From Squalus acanthias (Eukaryota): a DNA stretch of 64,000 nt. The notes beneath the pieces were generated by a model, which saw nothing but the letters and a program-made list of their open reading frames with translations, was not told where the DNA came from and did not search any database. The translations under genes were made by a program, and so were the position numbers. Below, piece after piece: positions 10,376 to 22,479 of the stretch; the stretch's first letter is position 1; the number at the start of each line of letters is the position of its first letter. The stretch covers positions 124,994,001 to 125,058,000 of the forward strand of contig CM059431.1 in NCBI GenBank assembly GCA_030390025.1. The letters are read 5' to 3'.

Positions 10376-12551
10376 GTTATCTACCAAAGTGGTATGTTTT
10401 AATCCCATGTGGGCATTTTCAGTGTAATTAAGGATTAAACAAGATTTATCTTTTTTTGGTGCATTACAGACAGATCCAATAATTATTCCATTTATCATAT
10501 CAATAATCTTTTATGAGGAATTCCTTTTCCATGTTAGTGTCGCCCACCCCACATCTTTCCACCCTCTTTTCTTTCTGGGACACAGTTCTGTATGCACAGA
10601 CCATCATCTTGGATGTTATTTCCACTCCAAATTTCAGTTATCTTTGCAGCATTAATCTTATTTGGTCTGAGACTACCGCTGTCCTCGTATTGGAGTTAAT
10701 TTAATATCTTCATTACTGTTGCTTTATTAAATTGTTATAACCTGAGCCAGACTGTCTCCATTAAATCTGCAATCAACAAAACTCAAGCTTTGAATAGGTT
10801 GCTGGTATTCTAATAACAAATAACACGACCAGTATTTAAATTTGTATACAGTTGCTCATCAGGTATCCAATTCTCAAAGAAAGCATGACACTGCCCTATG
10901 TTAATTTGGCAGATGGTTTTAAAGCAATTCCCATCATTGGTTCCGCTCCCTTTACTCCATTTTATAGGCATATAGGTCAAATACCAGTGTATGTGGCTTA
11001 TATGCACTCTTGCTATTTTGAATTGCAATTATCATTATCATTTTATAATCATGTTTGCTTTCTCCAGCATCAATATGCATTTTGTAATTTGCAATAATTT
11101 ACCCAATTGCTAAATTAGTATAAGGGGTGTTACTGTGATCCTCCACTGCCAGGGTGGAGAGGCACTCCCAAGGCATGCAACTCGAGAAATCATGGATAAG
11201 AAAATGCATTCCCTGCAAACGCTGCTGTCCACGGTCAATGCCCGATACTGGGATCACCCTTCTAGTGTGTTGGATTCTCCTCGGCACCTTATCGTTTCTG
11301 CATTAATCTTCTGTTATTCAACAGAATTGGTCTGAAATTTTAGCAAAGGTGGTTAATAAATATTATTAACAACAGTAATCCCAGTTGGGGATCTCCAGTT
11401 CTCAGTTATCCAATTAGAGCTAATGACACTGGTAATCACCATTTGCCTCCTATTATCTAGCTAATTAGTAATCACATTTAAAACTTCATCTTCACATTTG
11501 CTGCTTTTATGAATGACCCTGTCAATTGATTTTACAGGTCAAGATATGTAAGATAACATTCACCATCTTACTCTCAAACATCAGTTCTGGTACAGCCTTA
11601 AGGAAGTCAAATAAATATATTCGACACCGCTTAACTGTTGCAAAAAGTGGTTCAGATTCATTGCCTTTACTTTTATTAGATGTATTTATTTTTTTCTTTT
11701 ACGTAATAAGCACCAGTATTTTCACTGGGCAACCTAATACAGACTATATTTCATTTTCAATATCATTCTTCTCATGTCTTTAAAACATTATAGTCATCTG
11801 AGTCCTCCCTGTGTCTAATGAAAGTTATTGAATTTCAGCTACCACACTCCTAATTTATAAAGGCATTTGTTTTACTATTCTCAAATGTATCATCTAGACC
11901 CAGTGCTTATGAATCTTTCTTAGGTATTTCAATTTCAAAATGACCATTTAACTGTTTTGTCCATTAACTCAGATACATCTCCCACCAACTTTACTCACCT
12001 ATTTGGAAATGCCACAGATATCTTCTATAATTATACATGTTGGGGGAAAAATTCAGTACCTTAGCGCCTCCCTTAGCACCAGCAGATGGTGCTAACGGGC
12101 CACTAGAGCAGTATCGTGGGGCGAGGCGAATCCAACACCGCACGCCAAATCACGACCCCCCCGCCTCCCCCGCAGCGCCGCCGCTAACAATTATCGCTGG
12201 GAGCCTCAACGGCAGGTGGATCGTGACATCAGTGAGTGTGCAACGCTCAATGGCTGCCCGATCTGCGAAATTGATTGTCGCCACCTACCTTAGCGCCTGG
12301 AGGAAACAGCAACCGGGAGAGTTGGTGTGAAGCAACAGGAAGCCGGCTCCAGTGACGTTATTTAAAGGGATTATCAGTAATGAGTCGCAGCTGTAGGTTA
12401 GTGGAATTTCAATGCTTTCTTATCAGTTTCACTTATCGCAACTGTGTCATTCAATCTGTTTAACATTAGTTAGTATCAGGAGTATTGTAGCAACCAATAA
12501 ATAGTTACATTTATTCTTAAAAAATTCAAACTGCTACACTTGGTTACATTA

Positions 12552-13706
12552 ATGGGGGCTGTAGCAGCAATCAACCTTGCTCTCCAGGTTCTACGGCGGA
12601 GGAAGCACAGGCAGCGAGAAAGACTGGAACATACGGCCAGAGGGAGGAGGAGAGCCATCAGGGCTCTCAACAGGCAGCCTTACTCTCCGAGGGTATTCCG
12701 AGAGCCCTTCTCCTAACTCCAATTAAGCGAGGAGCAGTGTATTAGAAGGCTCCACTTCACCAAGGAGGTGGTCACAGAACTCTGTCACCTCCTGCAACCA
12801 GTCCTCCAGCCTCAGATCAGGGCAACCACGGCTCTCTCAGTGGCAGGCAAGATCACCGTCGCCCTCAATTTCTATGCCAACGGATCCTTCCAATCTGCAG
12901 CAGGAGACATATCTAATATCTTGCAGTTCGCCGTCCATCGCTGCATCCGGGAGGTCACAGAGGCTCTCTACAGAAGGAGAAGAAACTACATTTCCTTCCT
13001 CATGACCAGAGAGAAGCAGGATGAGTGTGCATGTGGCTTTGCCAGGATAGTGGGATTCCCCATGGTGCAGGGCGCCATTGTGTGAAACTACGTGGCTTTG
13101 CAGGCACCCCATAACAATCCTGAGATCTTCTGTAACCGCAAAGGCTACCACGCACTTAATGTGCAGTTGGTGTGCGACCACACACAGTGAATCCTCATCG
13201 TCAATGCCCGCTATCCTGGCAGCAGCCACGATGCCTTCATCCTGCACCAGATCGGTGTGCCAGCACTCTTCCAGCCACCACATCAAGCTCGTGGCTGGCT
13301 GGTCGGAGACAAGGGCTATCTGCTCTCCACCTGGCTCATGACTCCCCACCGCAACCCCAACACTGCTGCTCAGCATTCATACAATGAGAGCCATGCCACC
13401 ACCAGGAACAGCATTGAGCAGACTACCGGAGTGCTCAAGCAATGGTTCCACTGCAGTTACCGCTCGGGAGGAGCCCTCCAGTACTCGGCTGAGTGGGTGT
13501 CCCTTTTCGTCATGGTGTGTTGCATGCTGCACAACTTGACCATCATGAGGACCCAGCCATTGCCACTAGGCATAGCGGGACCACCTCAGGAGGAGAAAGA
13601 GGGGGAGGAGGAGAAGGAGGATCAGCAGCGAGGGAGGAGGCAGCCACTCAATCGGCCTTCTGGAAGGGCAGTCCGTGATTGCCTGATCAGACTGCGGTTC
13701 CAATAA
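12552..13706 (+). pseudogene. Harbinger DDE transposase, disrupted
   Basis: KITVALNFYANGSFQ, GFPMVQGAI, LVGDKGY, IEQTTGVLKQWF, CCMLHN; stops and frameshifts. Confidence 0.92.
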
Positions 13707-13862
13707 ATTCTACCGCACATCCCGGTTGCTGACCACATCCCCATCATTTTGCTTGCCATATCACAGTGCAAAGCTGAATTGAGAGACACCACAAAATCAG
13801 CAACATTCCATTAATAAATTTATCAACATTCAGTAAACACATATATACAACAACAATATTGA

Positions 13863-15708
13863 CTAATCACCCTTGTGCAAACCCTTACTTCCCCTCTTTA
13901 CAGTGCCTTTCCCTAATCTACTGCTCCTACGTAGTCTTTCCCCAGTGGCTGCAGCAGGGTTGGTGGAAGGTTGCTGAGTGTCAGTGCCAGAGACTACAGA
14001 TGGCCTTGCAGGACGCCCTCGACCAGCTCTGAGCCTGTATGGCCCAGCTGTAAACTGCACCACCTCAGGTTGGGTGGTGGCAGTCTGGGCTGGCTGGATG
14101 ACAGGCAGCGACAAGGACAATGGCAGAGTGGCAGTGGTGAGAGCAGGAATGCTGTCATCCTGAGAGAGGACAGCAGGTTCCTGCTCGACTGGCACACTAC
14201 CACTCACCCCGGGCACCACCTCAGCATCCCTGCCAATCTGCTGGAGCACAGATTGCTGGCCTGCTGCAACATCGTGAGATCCCCGGTGGACTTTGGTGGA
14301 CCAGCGACGATGGCAGCATTCAGCGCTTGCGTGGCATCAAGCTGACACTGCACGAGAGCAGTCTGAGACTCGATGGCAGCAACCATTGACTGCATTACAG
14401 CACTAAGACATTGCGTGGCTTCCGCCTGTGCTGCAATGGAAGCTGCCACATCGCCCATGACACGCGGCATGAGGTCTGGGTCCCCACGGGCTCTCAGGGA
14501 GTCCACGTTCCTTTGCAGACTGCCAAGGATTGGCTCCACGCTGTGCACAGAACTCTGTGCAATGTTGGAGGCAGACTCCTCCACGCTCCTTACCATTGCA
14601 GACAGGCTCTCAGGCACCCTTAACATTGCTCCTATGATCTCCCATCACCCTTCATGTGAATGCCTCCCCATCAAGGTCCTCATCGAACTTGCCTTCTGGG
14701 GAGCTGGCTCCCGAGCTACCCTTTCCCCCTGGCCTTGCTGCAGCCCGCTTACCTCTGGTGCATCACCCAGTGCAGACCCCTCTACTAAACTTGCCTCTAA
14801 AGATCGCGTAGACCCAGTATCTGAGGTGGTGCCTCCGGGTGAGACATGCAGTGACGCGGTGCTTTCTTCCTCCTCCTCTTCTCCCGCCTCACTCTCACTG
14901 GGAGGCTCAGGGACAGGCTGGTCATCTGGTTGCTGATTACCTGAAAGCATAAAGGCACAAGGGTCGTGTTAAGGTGAGGGCAGGGGGGAAGGAAGGGAGC
15001 AAGGAATGCAGAATGTATAATGAGCTGCAAAGTGGGAAAGGCTTGTGCTGTGAGGGGAAGTGGGATGAGAGAAGGAGAGGGGATGAACATACCATTGTTG
15101 CCCCCAAGGGGGTCAATGCCCACCACCTGACACCCAATGACTCTCAGCACTTGCTCCTCCAGGTCTGTAAGCTGTTGGATGTCCGCTTCACCCCCGCCTG
15201 TTCATTGCTGCTCCTTCCTATTGTGGCCCAGCTTGGCCTACAAGGGAAAAGAAAGTGTGTGAGTGAGTGTGCAGCTATGTGTTTGGGAGATGTGCCTGCC
15301 ATAGTTGAATAACTGTGATTGTCGGCAAGGTGTGAGATGTGGATGTGAGTTTGAGTAGGTGGAGATTCTTGGTTGGGTGAGTGGTGGGGGTGTGGTGGTT
15401 TGTGCAGTGTGTACAGACTGAGGTTCCGATGCTGGTATGTAGGACTTGTTGAAGCATGTACTCACCCTGACCACCCGAGTGAGGTCATTGAATTTTTTAC
15501 GGCACTGTGTGTGGGTCTTGATGACCACACTGCTGGCCGAGATGTCCTGGGCCACTTCCCTCCACATTACCCTGAAGACCTGGGGCAATGGCCTCCTGCC
15601 AGTGGCCGTGAACAGCACTGCCCTCCTTCCTTCGACTGCCGCGACCAATGCCTCGAATGCCTGGGTGTTGAAACGGCGAGCTCTCTCTCTGGGACTGGGA
15701 TCAGCCAT
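13863..15708 (-). pseudogene. Harbinger Myb/SANT partner gene, 3 exons, disrupted
   Basis: MADPSPRERARRFNTQAFEALV...QCRKKFNDLTRVVR|gtgagt; exons 2 and 3 homologous to copy 1. Confidence 0.85.
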
Positions 15709-16055
15709 GAGGATAAGAGGTGTAGCTGTTGAGTTGCTTGGAGTTCGCCTTCAGAGCCAGCAATGTTGAGAATGAGGTTGTGCTGTATCATCAAGCTCCC
15801 CTTTAAGAGCTGGAAGGAGCCAGTGTGAATGATGAGTCCCGACTGGAGTGCACCTGAAATTGGTTATAGCTCTGCGGGTAATGCCCCGCTCTCTGTGTGT
15901 AGCACCCTAAGTTAGGTGATTAGCGCTTGATTTAGTGCTCCAGTTCTCTCTTGGAGCGCTAACAATCAATTTAACGGGAGGTCAGTAGGATTAGCGCCTG
16001 GTGCTAATACTCTAACTTTTTAAAATTTAGCGGCCCGATACCGAATTTCTCGCTC

Positions 16056-17612
16056 TTAGTGCCTCTCATTACTGTGCCTTTGCCTACGCTAGTGCTCTTA
16101 CGAACTGTTAGCCCAGTGGCTGCAGCATGGCTGGTGGAAGACTGCTGAGTGACCATGCGGGAGACTTCAGATGCCCTTGCAGGACGTCCTCGACCAGTTC
16201 TGGGCCTGGAAGGCCCGGTTGTAGACTGCACCACCTCAACATGGGCGGCAGCAGTCTGGGCTGGCAGGATTTCAGGCAGTAACAAGGGTATTGGTGGAGT
16301 GGCAGTGGTGGGAGCAGGAATGCTGTCATCCTGAGAGAGGACAGCAGGTTCATGCCCCACTGACATAGTGCCACCTCCCCCGGGGCAGCACTCAGCATCC
16401 CTAGCAATCTGCTGGAGTGAGTTGGTAGACCCAGCCACGATGGCAGCAGTCAAGGCTTGCGTGGCATCAAGCTGAGACTGCATGAGAGCAGTCTGAGATT
16501 GGGTGCCGCCAAGCATAGACTGCATTACAGCACAAAAACGTTGCATCACTTCCACCTGTGCTGCAATGGAAGCTGCCAGATCGCCCATCACATGCGACAT
16601 CAGATCTGGGTCGCCACAGTTTCTCTGGGAGTCTACCATCCTTTCCAGACTGGAAATGATGGGCTCCATGGTGTACGCAGAGCCTTGTGAAATGTTGGAG
16701 GCAGACTCCTCCACGCTCCTCATCATTGCCGAGAGGCTCTCGGGCACCCTTGTTATTCCACCTATCATCTCCGTGTGCATGCCCATCACCCTTCTTCAAA
16801 ATGCCTTCCCATCGAGGTCCTCATCTGAGTCCTGTGCAGCAGAACTCACGCGCGAACTTGCCCTCCAGGGAGCTGGCCCCCGAGCTACCCTTTCCCCTTG
16901 GCCTTGCTGCAGCCCATTCATCCCCGCTGCCTCACCCTGTGCAGATCCCGCTAGTATGCTAGCCTCTAAAGAGCACATAGTGCCAGTATCTGAGCTGCTG
17001 GTGAGACATACAGTGACGCGGTGTGTTCTTTCTCCTCCTCTTCTCCCGCCTCGCTCTCAACGGTGCCCTCAGGGATAGGCTGCTCAGGTGCTTGTTCATT
17101 ATTTGAAAGCATAAAGACACAAGAGTCAGGTTAAGATGAGGGGAGAGGGGCAGGAGGGGAGAAATGCTTGCATACAGCAAGATTAACTGGAAGGTGCGAA
17201 AGGCTTGTGGGGTGAGGGGGAAGTGGGATGTGAGAAGGAGTAGGGATGAACATACCGTTGTTGTCCTCAAGGGGGTCAACTTCGCTGGTGGCCACGGCGC
17301 CCACCACCTTGGCGCCCAACAATTTGCAGCACTCTTTCCTCCAGCTCAGACAGTGGTTGGGTGTCAGGTTGTCCCCCGCCTGTGCATTCCTGCTCCCTCC
17401 TGTTGTGAGCAACCTTGGCCTGCAAGTGAAAGGAAAGTGTGTGAGTGAGTGTGGAGCAATGTGTTTGGGAAATGTGCCTTCCATAGTTGAATAGCTGGCA
17501 TTGTGTTCAAGGTGTGAGATGTGGGTGTGAGTGTTGGTAGGTAGAGATTGTTGGTGGGTGAGAGCTTGGGGTGCGGTTCTTTGGGCAGTGTGTGAAGACT
17601 GTGGTTCAGATA
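16056..17612 (-). pseudogene. Partial Harbinger (family A) Myb gene exons 2-3 of a further copy
   Basis: ORF 16004..16789 MMGMHTEMIGGITRVPESLSAMMRSVEESAS... homologous to exon 3 of copies 1-3; exon 2 near 17420-17255; truncated by CR1 at about 17613. Confidence 0.85.
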
Positions 17613-17735
17613 CGAACATACGAATATATGAATCAGGAGCAGGAGTCGGCCACTCGGCCCTTCGAGCCTGCTCCTTTTTATAATATGGCAACCAGAACTG
17701 TACTCAGTACTCGAAGTGTGGTCTAACCAAGGTTT
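17613..17735 (-). mobile_element. CR1 3' fragment
   Basis: GGAGCAGGAGTCGGCCACTCGGCCCTTCGAGCCTGCTCC tail and the LVRPHFEY region. Confidence 0.7.
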
Positions 17736-17747
17736 TTTTTAAATGTT

Positions 17748-18070
17748 TAAACTTGCATTTATATAGCACCTTTCACAACCACTGGACGTCTCAAAGCACT
17801 TTACAGCCAATTAAGTACTTTTGGAGTATAGTCACTGTTTTAATGTGGGAAACGTGGCAGGCAATTTGCGCACCGCAAGGTCCCACAAACAGCAATATGA
17901 TAATGACCAGATAATCTGTATTAGTGATGTTGGTTGAGGAATAAATATTGGCCAGGACACCGGGGACAACTCCCCTGCTCTTCTTCGAAATAGTGCCATG
18001 GGATCTTTTACGTTCACCTGAGAGAGCAGACGGGGCCTCGGTTTAATGTCTCATCCAAAAGACGAAAGGT
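17748..18070 (-). mobile_element. Deu-domain SINE (SacSINE1/AmnSINE-like)
   Basis: 3' tail GAAAGGTGCTATATAAATGCAAG and core GTTTGTGGGACCTTGCGGTGCGCAAATTG on the minus strand. Confidence 0.7.
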
Positions 18071-18071
18071 T

Positions 18072-20515
18072 CGATACTATACTATTTTGTTTTATGTTCC
18101 TTGATAAATTAATTTTATAGTTCCTCTTTGCCTTACTATTTGTTTTTTTGACTTCTTTCCTAATCCCTTCATATTCTCCTTTATCAAGCTCTCCCCTGCT
18201 GTCCATGTACTTAATGTATGCCTCTTTCCTTGCGCTCAATTTTTCCCTTAAGGCTTTATTCATCCACAGTGTCTCATTAATGTTTAACTTGCTCTTGTTT
18301 ATTAGTGGAATATATTTTTCCTGGACTCTATTGAACACCATTTTAAATGTTTCCCATTGCTGTTCTACATCATTGTTTGCCAATACTGTTGTCCATTTTA
18401 TTTTCCCAAGTTCTATTTTCAGCCCCTCAAAATCAGCTTTTCTCCAATCTATTACCCTGGTCTTTGTCATACCTATGTCCTTCTCAATTATTATCTTGAA
18501 GTGTATATTGCCTAGACATTCCCCTGCTTTTACTTCTCTTATCTGCTCTGGTTCATTCCCCATTACAAGATTCAATAGCGAATCCTCCCTCCTTGGGCTT
18601 TTTACATATTGAGTTAGAAAGGGCCCTGTACCCATTGTAGGAACTCCATTCCCTTATCCCCTTTACCTACCTCTTCTGTCCAATTAATATTTGGGTAGTT
18701 GAAATCCCCCATGATTATTATTCTATGTTTTTTACTAATTTGTCTGCACTTTTTTCTGCCACTTCCCTTCCACTATTAGGTGCTCTGTAGACTACGCCTA
18801 TTAGTGTGATTAATCCTTTATTATCTTTTATCTCTATCCACATGGATTCTATTTCTGTCTTGCTGATAGCTGCATCACTTTTTTCTACTGCCATTATGTT
18901 ATCCCTAATAAGTACAGCTACTCCACATCCTCTTTTCCCCTCTCTATCTTTTCTAAATATGTTAAATCTTGCAATGTTTAATTCTAGTCCTGATTTTTCT
19001 GTAGCCATGTCTCAGTAATCCCTACTATGCCTGGTTCCTCGCAATGCATGATTGCCTCCAGCTCCCCTGTTTTATTACGGACACTGTGTGAATTGTTGTA
19101 CAGACAGATTAACTCATTTTTAATAGGATTTCCTCTCACTTTAAGCTTAACCAGCTTTTTAAATTCCTATTCTATAACTCTATTTATTCCCTGTTGATCA
19201 ATCTCCTTCCTTACTTTACTCTTTCCTATGCTCTCCATTCCTGTTTTGTTTATATTTAGGCTGGTTTCATTTCATGTAGATCCCTCCCCCTGTCTTACTA
19301 GGTTAAAGCCTTTGCCACCTCCCTATTTACCCTTTCTGCTAGGACACGGATCCCATCCTGGCTCAGATGGAGCCCATTCCATCGGTACAGCTCGTTCCTG
19401 TCCCAGTACTGGTGCCAGTGTCCCATGAAAACGAACCCCTCCTTCTCACACCAGCCCTTTAGCCACTTGTTAATTCTCCTGATCTGACTGTTTCTATGCT
19501 AATTTGCACGTGGCTCAGGCAATAATCTGTAGATTATTACCCTCGAGGTCTTGCTTTTCGCTCCTAACTCCTGATACTCCTTCAGCGGGACCTCCTCCCT
19601 GTTCCTACCTAAGTCATTTGTTCCGACATGGACCACGACAACTGGATTTACCCTCCCCCTTTCCAAATTCCTCTCCAGCCACCTCGAGATATCCCTTACC
19701 CTGGCACTGGGTAGGCAACTCAACCTTCGGGATTCTCGTTCTTTACTGTAGAGGATGCTATCTATCCCCCTAATTATAGAATCCCTATCACTACCACATT
19801 TCTATTCTGCTCTTCCCCCCCCCCCCCACCCCCTTGGACAGCCTTCTGAGCCACAGTGTCTTGGTCTGCATTGTGGTTGCCCCCATTGCAGTCTTTCTCC
19901 TTGTCCTCACAGGTAGCAAGTACATCGTACCTGTTGGACAGGACCAGTGTCTGTGGGACCTCCTTCTCAACCTCTCAGAATCACAGAATCACAGAATCCC
20001 CACAGTGCAGATAGAGGCCATTTCGGCCCATCGAGCCTGCACCGACACATATCCCACCCTATCCCCGTAACCCCACGTATTTAATCCCCCTAACACTAAG
20101 GGTCAATTGATCATAGCCAAATCAACCTAACCCGCACATCTTTGGACTGTGGGAGGAAACCGGAGCACCCGGAGGAAACGCACGCAGACACGGGGAGAAT
20201 GTGCAAACTCCACACAGACAGTCACCCGAAGCCGGATTCGAACCCGGGTCCTAAGTCCCCGCTACCCAGCTCCCTAACAGTCACACCCTCCCTTTCCTGA
20301 ACCTGTGCTTTCCTCTGGGGTGTGACTGTATTCTGGATAAAACCGTCCAGAAATTTCTCCCCCTCCCTTATGTGTCAGAGTGTCTCTATCTCGTACTCTA
20401 GCTCAATGACTCTGAGCCGGAGTGACTGAAGGCAGAGACATTTCATGAAGATGTGGAAATCCGGGACAGTCTCGTTGTTCACAAACTCCCACATACTGCA
20501 GTCCCGACACATTTC
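18072..20515 (-). mobile_element. CR1 LINE 5' half: ORF1 (zinc finger + esterase) and ORF2 endonuclease
   Basis: CRDCSMWEF...LRLRVIELE (about 20510-20380); VVVHVGTNDLG esterase motif (19499..19723); IFRKDREGKRGCGVAVLI, IGVVYRAP, PRREDSLLNLVM (APE endonuclease). Confidence 0.88.
19976..20251 (-). mobile_element. V-SINE (HE1-like) inserted in CR1 ORF1
   Basis: B-box GGTTCGAATCC on minus, V-domain GGAGTTTGCACATTCTCCCCGTGTCTGCGTG, CR1-like tail with GATTCT-type repeats. Confidence 0.85.
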
Positions 20516-22250
20516 TTAAATAGCATCAATATCTCCAAATTCTTCTTCCTTTGATTCACCTGCTTCAAAGTCTGCTTAACATATATCAGTAAGATTAGTA
20601 ACACAATTATAATACCCTGAGCAAGCACAAAGCCGTAAGATGCCAACCTCAAGAATGGGTTTTGCCACATTATATATAATTTTGCACCATGGTGTTTCTC
20701 CGAGCTTCCCTATTTTCTTTTCCAAGTACTCATTATCCTGATACAATTGATGTAGATGGCGCACAGAAATCTCGGTTCATTCTACGGTTTTCTTAAGGTT
20801 CAGCCTCAAGGGTGGAATAGGATACCAATAATGTGCTAATGCCCTTTGTGCTTTAGCCTGCAATCCTACATCCGCCATCACCTGTGTTTGGTTATGCAGA
20901 TGGACCGGAGTTAGAACTACATGTCCGACCTTGATCATTTCGGTGGGGGTGATGCAGAAGGAGGATATAGTAACTGGACATGTGATGTGTCCATACTTAA
21001 AACTGGAGGCTGTGATTGTGCCAAAATACCACCCTTTCCCAGCATAACTATGCTTGGTCTGGTCTTTATGCCATTTCTGGATTGCAATTGTACAATTAAG
21101 GATCCATTTATACCAGACAAACCCACATGCAGGGATACTGGCTTCTGTCACCTCACAGCGACATATCCAGGTAGCCTTGTCTAAAGTACAACAGGTCATA
21201 TCAGGGGCCATCCTGGTGTTGTCAATACGTACTAGCTTCCTTGGAAATGGCTCGTATTCTTAATGCATGTCATTTTCTAGTATGCCATTTGATTCTACTG
21301 CCCAAAAGCAAGTTGCCTTATGATTGGTTAGCGCTGGCATGACCAAACTGACTCCTACTATCCCTTTGCCTGTGTATGACAGGAATGACATGCCCAACCT
21401 CCTCAGCTCAAAGGTGGGATGGGAACTCCCTACGATATTCCACTCTGTCAACTGCTCATCAGTTATAAAAGTAGGTACCTTTCCCTGTTCAATGTCATCC
21501 AAACCCTGTTGGATTTGGGAAAGCATAAAGGCTCCGTAAATGCTACAGGTGACCCCTCTGGATGCATCACTAAATGTGGTGGTGTCTTCTTTGATAAATT
21601 AATTAATTTTTAGTTGAATGCCCCTATCATTGCTGACTAAATCCTCTACTGAGAGTAGAACTTGTTGCACCTCCTGTAAACACCCTCCTGTAACCTTATT
21701 CCCCTCCCCTTCATTATTTTCTTAATCTGCGTTCTCTTTTTCTGGTCAGCTTCCCACATAGGCTCAATGTCCATGCAATTTACTCCCGCTAAACTAACTG
21801 CTGCTCCTACACCTGCCCACTCTGCTGCTCCTCTCTTTTTACGCCTCGGAGCTTGTGTCCCAGTTGTGGTGATTGACAGTGGTGTCTCAGTTTGGGACTC
21901 TTGTACGGAGTCATAGTTATTAGGGGTATAGACAGGGCTAGATTCATCAGAAAAATAATTCTGCGAGTTACGGTACAAGGAAACCCCGAGCTTATGCGCA
22001 ATGATTTGTCAATAGAAAATCACATACTTTTCATCGCACAGCAGGGTTGAGAAGCTTACATTGCTGGTTAAACAATACAGGGAGAATTTCATAGAGTATG
22101 TTGTTATATAACATTTTTTCAGAGTCAGAGGCCACCAGTCCATTGGTAGGTCCTTCACCCAACCTAGGGCAACTTCTGGGTTCGGATGAGGCGGTCTGAG
22201 AATGAGTGAGATTTGGTGGTTTCTTCATACTTTTCAGTCTTATTGCAGTT
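20515..22250 (-). pseudogene. env: env: class I fusion glycoprotein, frameshifted
   Basis: GEGPTNGLV...LYNN; furin site RRKKR (21846-21832) followed by fusion peptide GAAEWAGVGAAVSLAGVN; QQGLDDIEQGKVPTFI; Cys-rich region; TM IIIVLLILLIYV and short basic tail. Confidence 0.8.
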
Positions 22251-22344
22251 TGAGTCTACTTTCCATAGAAGGCAGGGGTCAGAGCGTTCTTGGTCTCCTT
22301 CCTTGCTGGATCATATTTAATTAAACATGCATACCAGGCCGAAT

Positions 22345-22479
22345 ATCGTAACACGGTGCTGAGTCCCAACACAGTGCGGTGGCTATGCAGACGAGTGAGG
22401 GGCGCGGTATATTGGGAACTGATGCTTTAGATCAGTATGATGTTGTTATTGATTATTCTAGTTATTCTAGTTAAGAAGC
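22345..22479 (+). pseudogene. pol: pol part 1: protease C-terminus joined by deletion to RT start
   Basis: GRGILGTDALDQYDVVID (ILGxD motif), then LVKK| interrupted by solo LTR. Confidence 0.7.

Larger units (their letters stand above)
12042..16055. mobile_element. PIF/Harbinger transposon copy 2 (family A)
   Basis: Left TIR GGGGGAAAAATTCAGTACC; right TIR GATACCGAATTTCTCGCTC followed by TTA; same two-gene layout as copy 1. Confidence 0.9.

Noticed and set aside
10450..11800. Very old LINE endonuclease remnant
   Set aside because: Only faint resemblance; too degraded to assign boundaries or family by eye.
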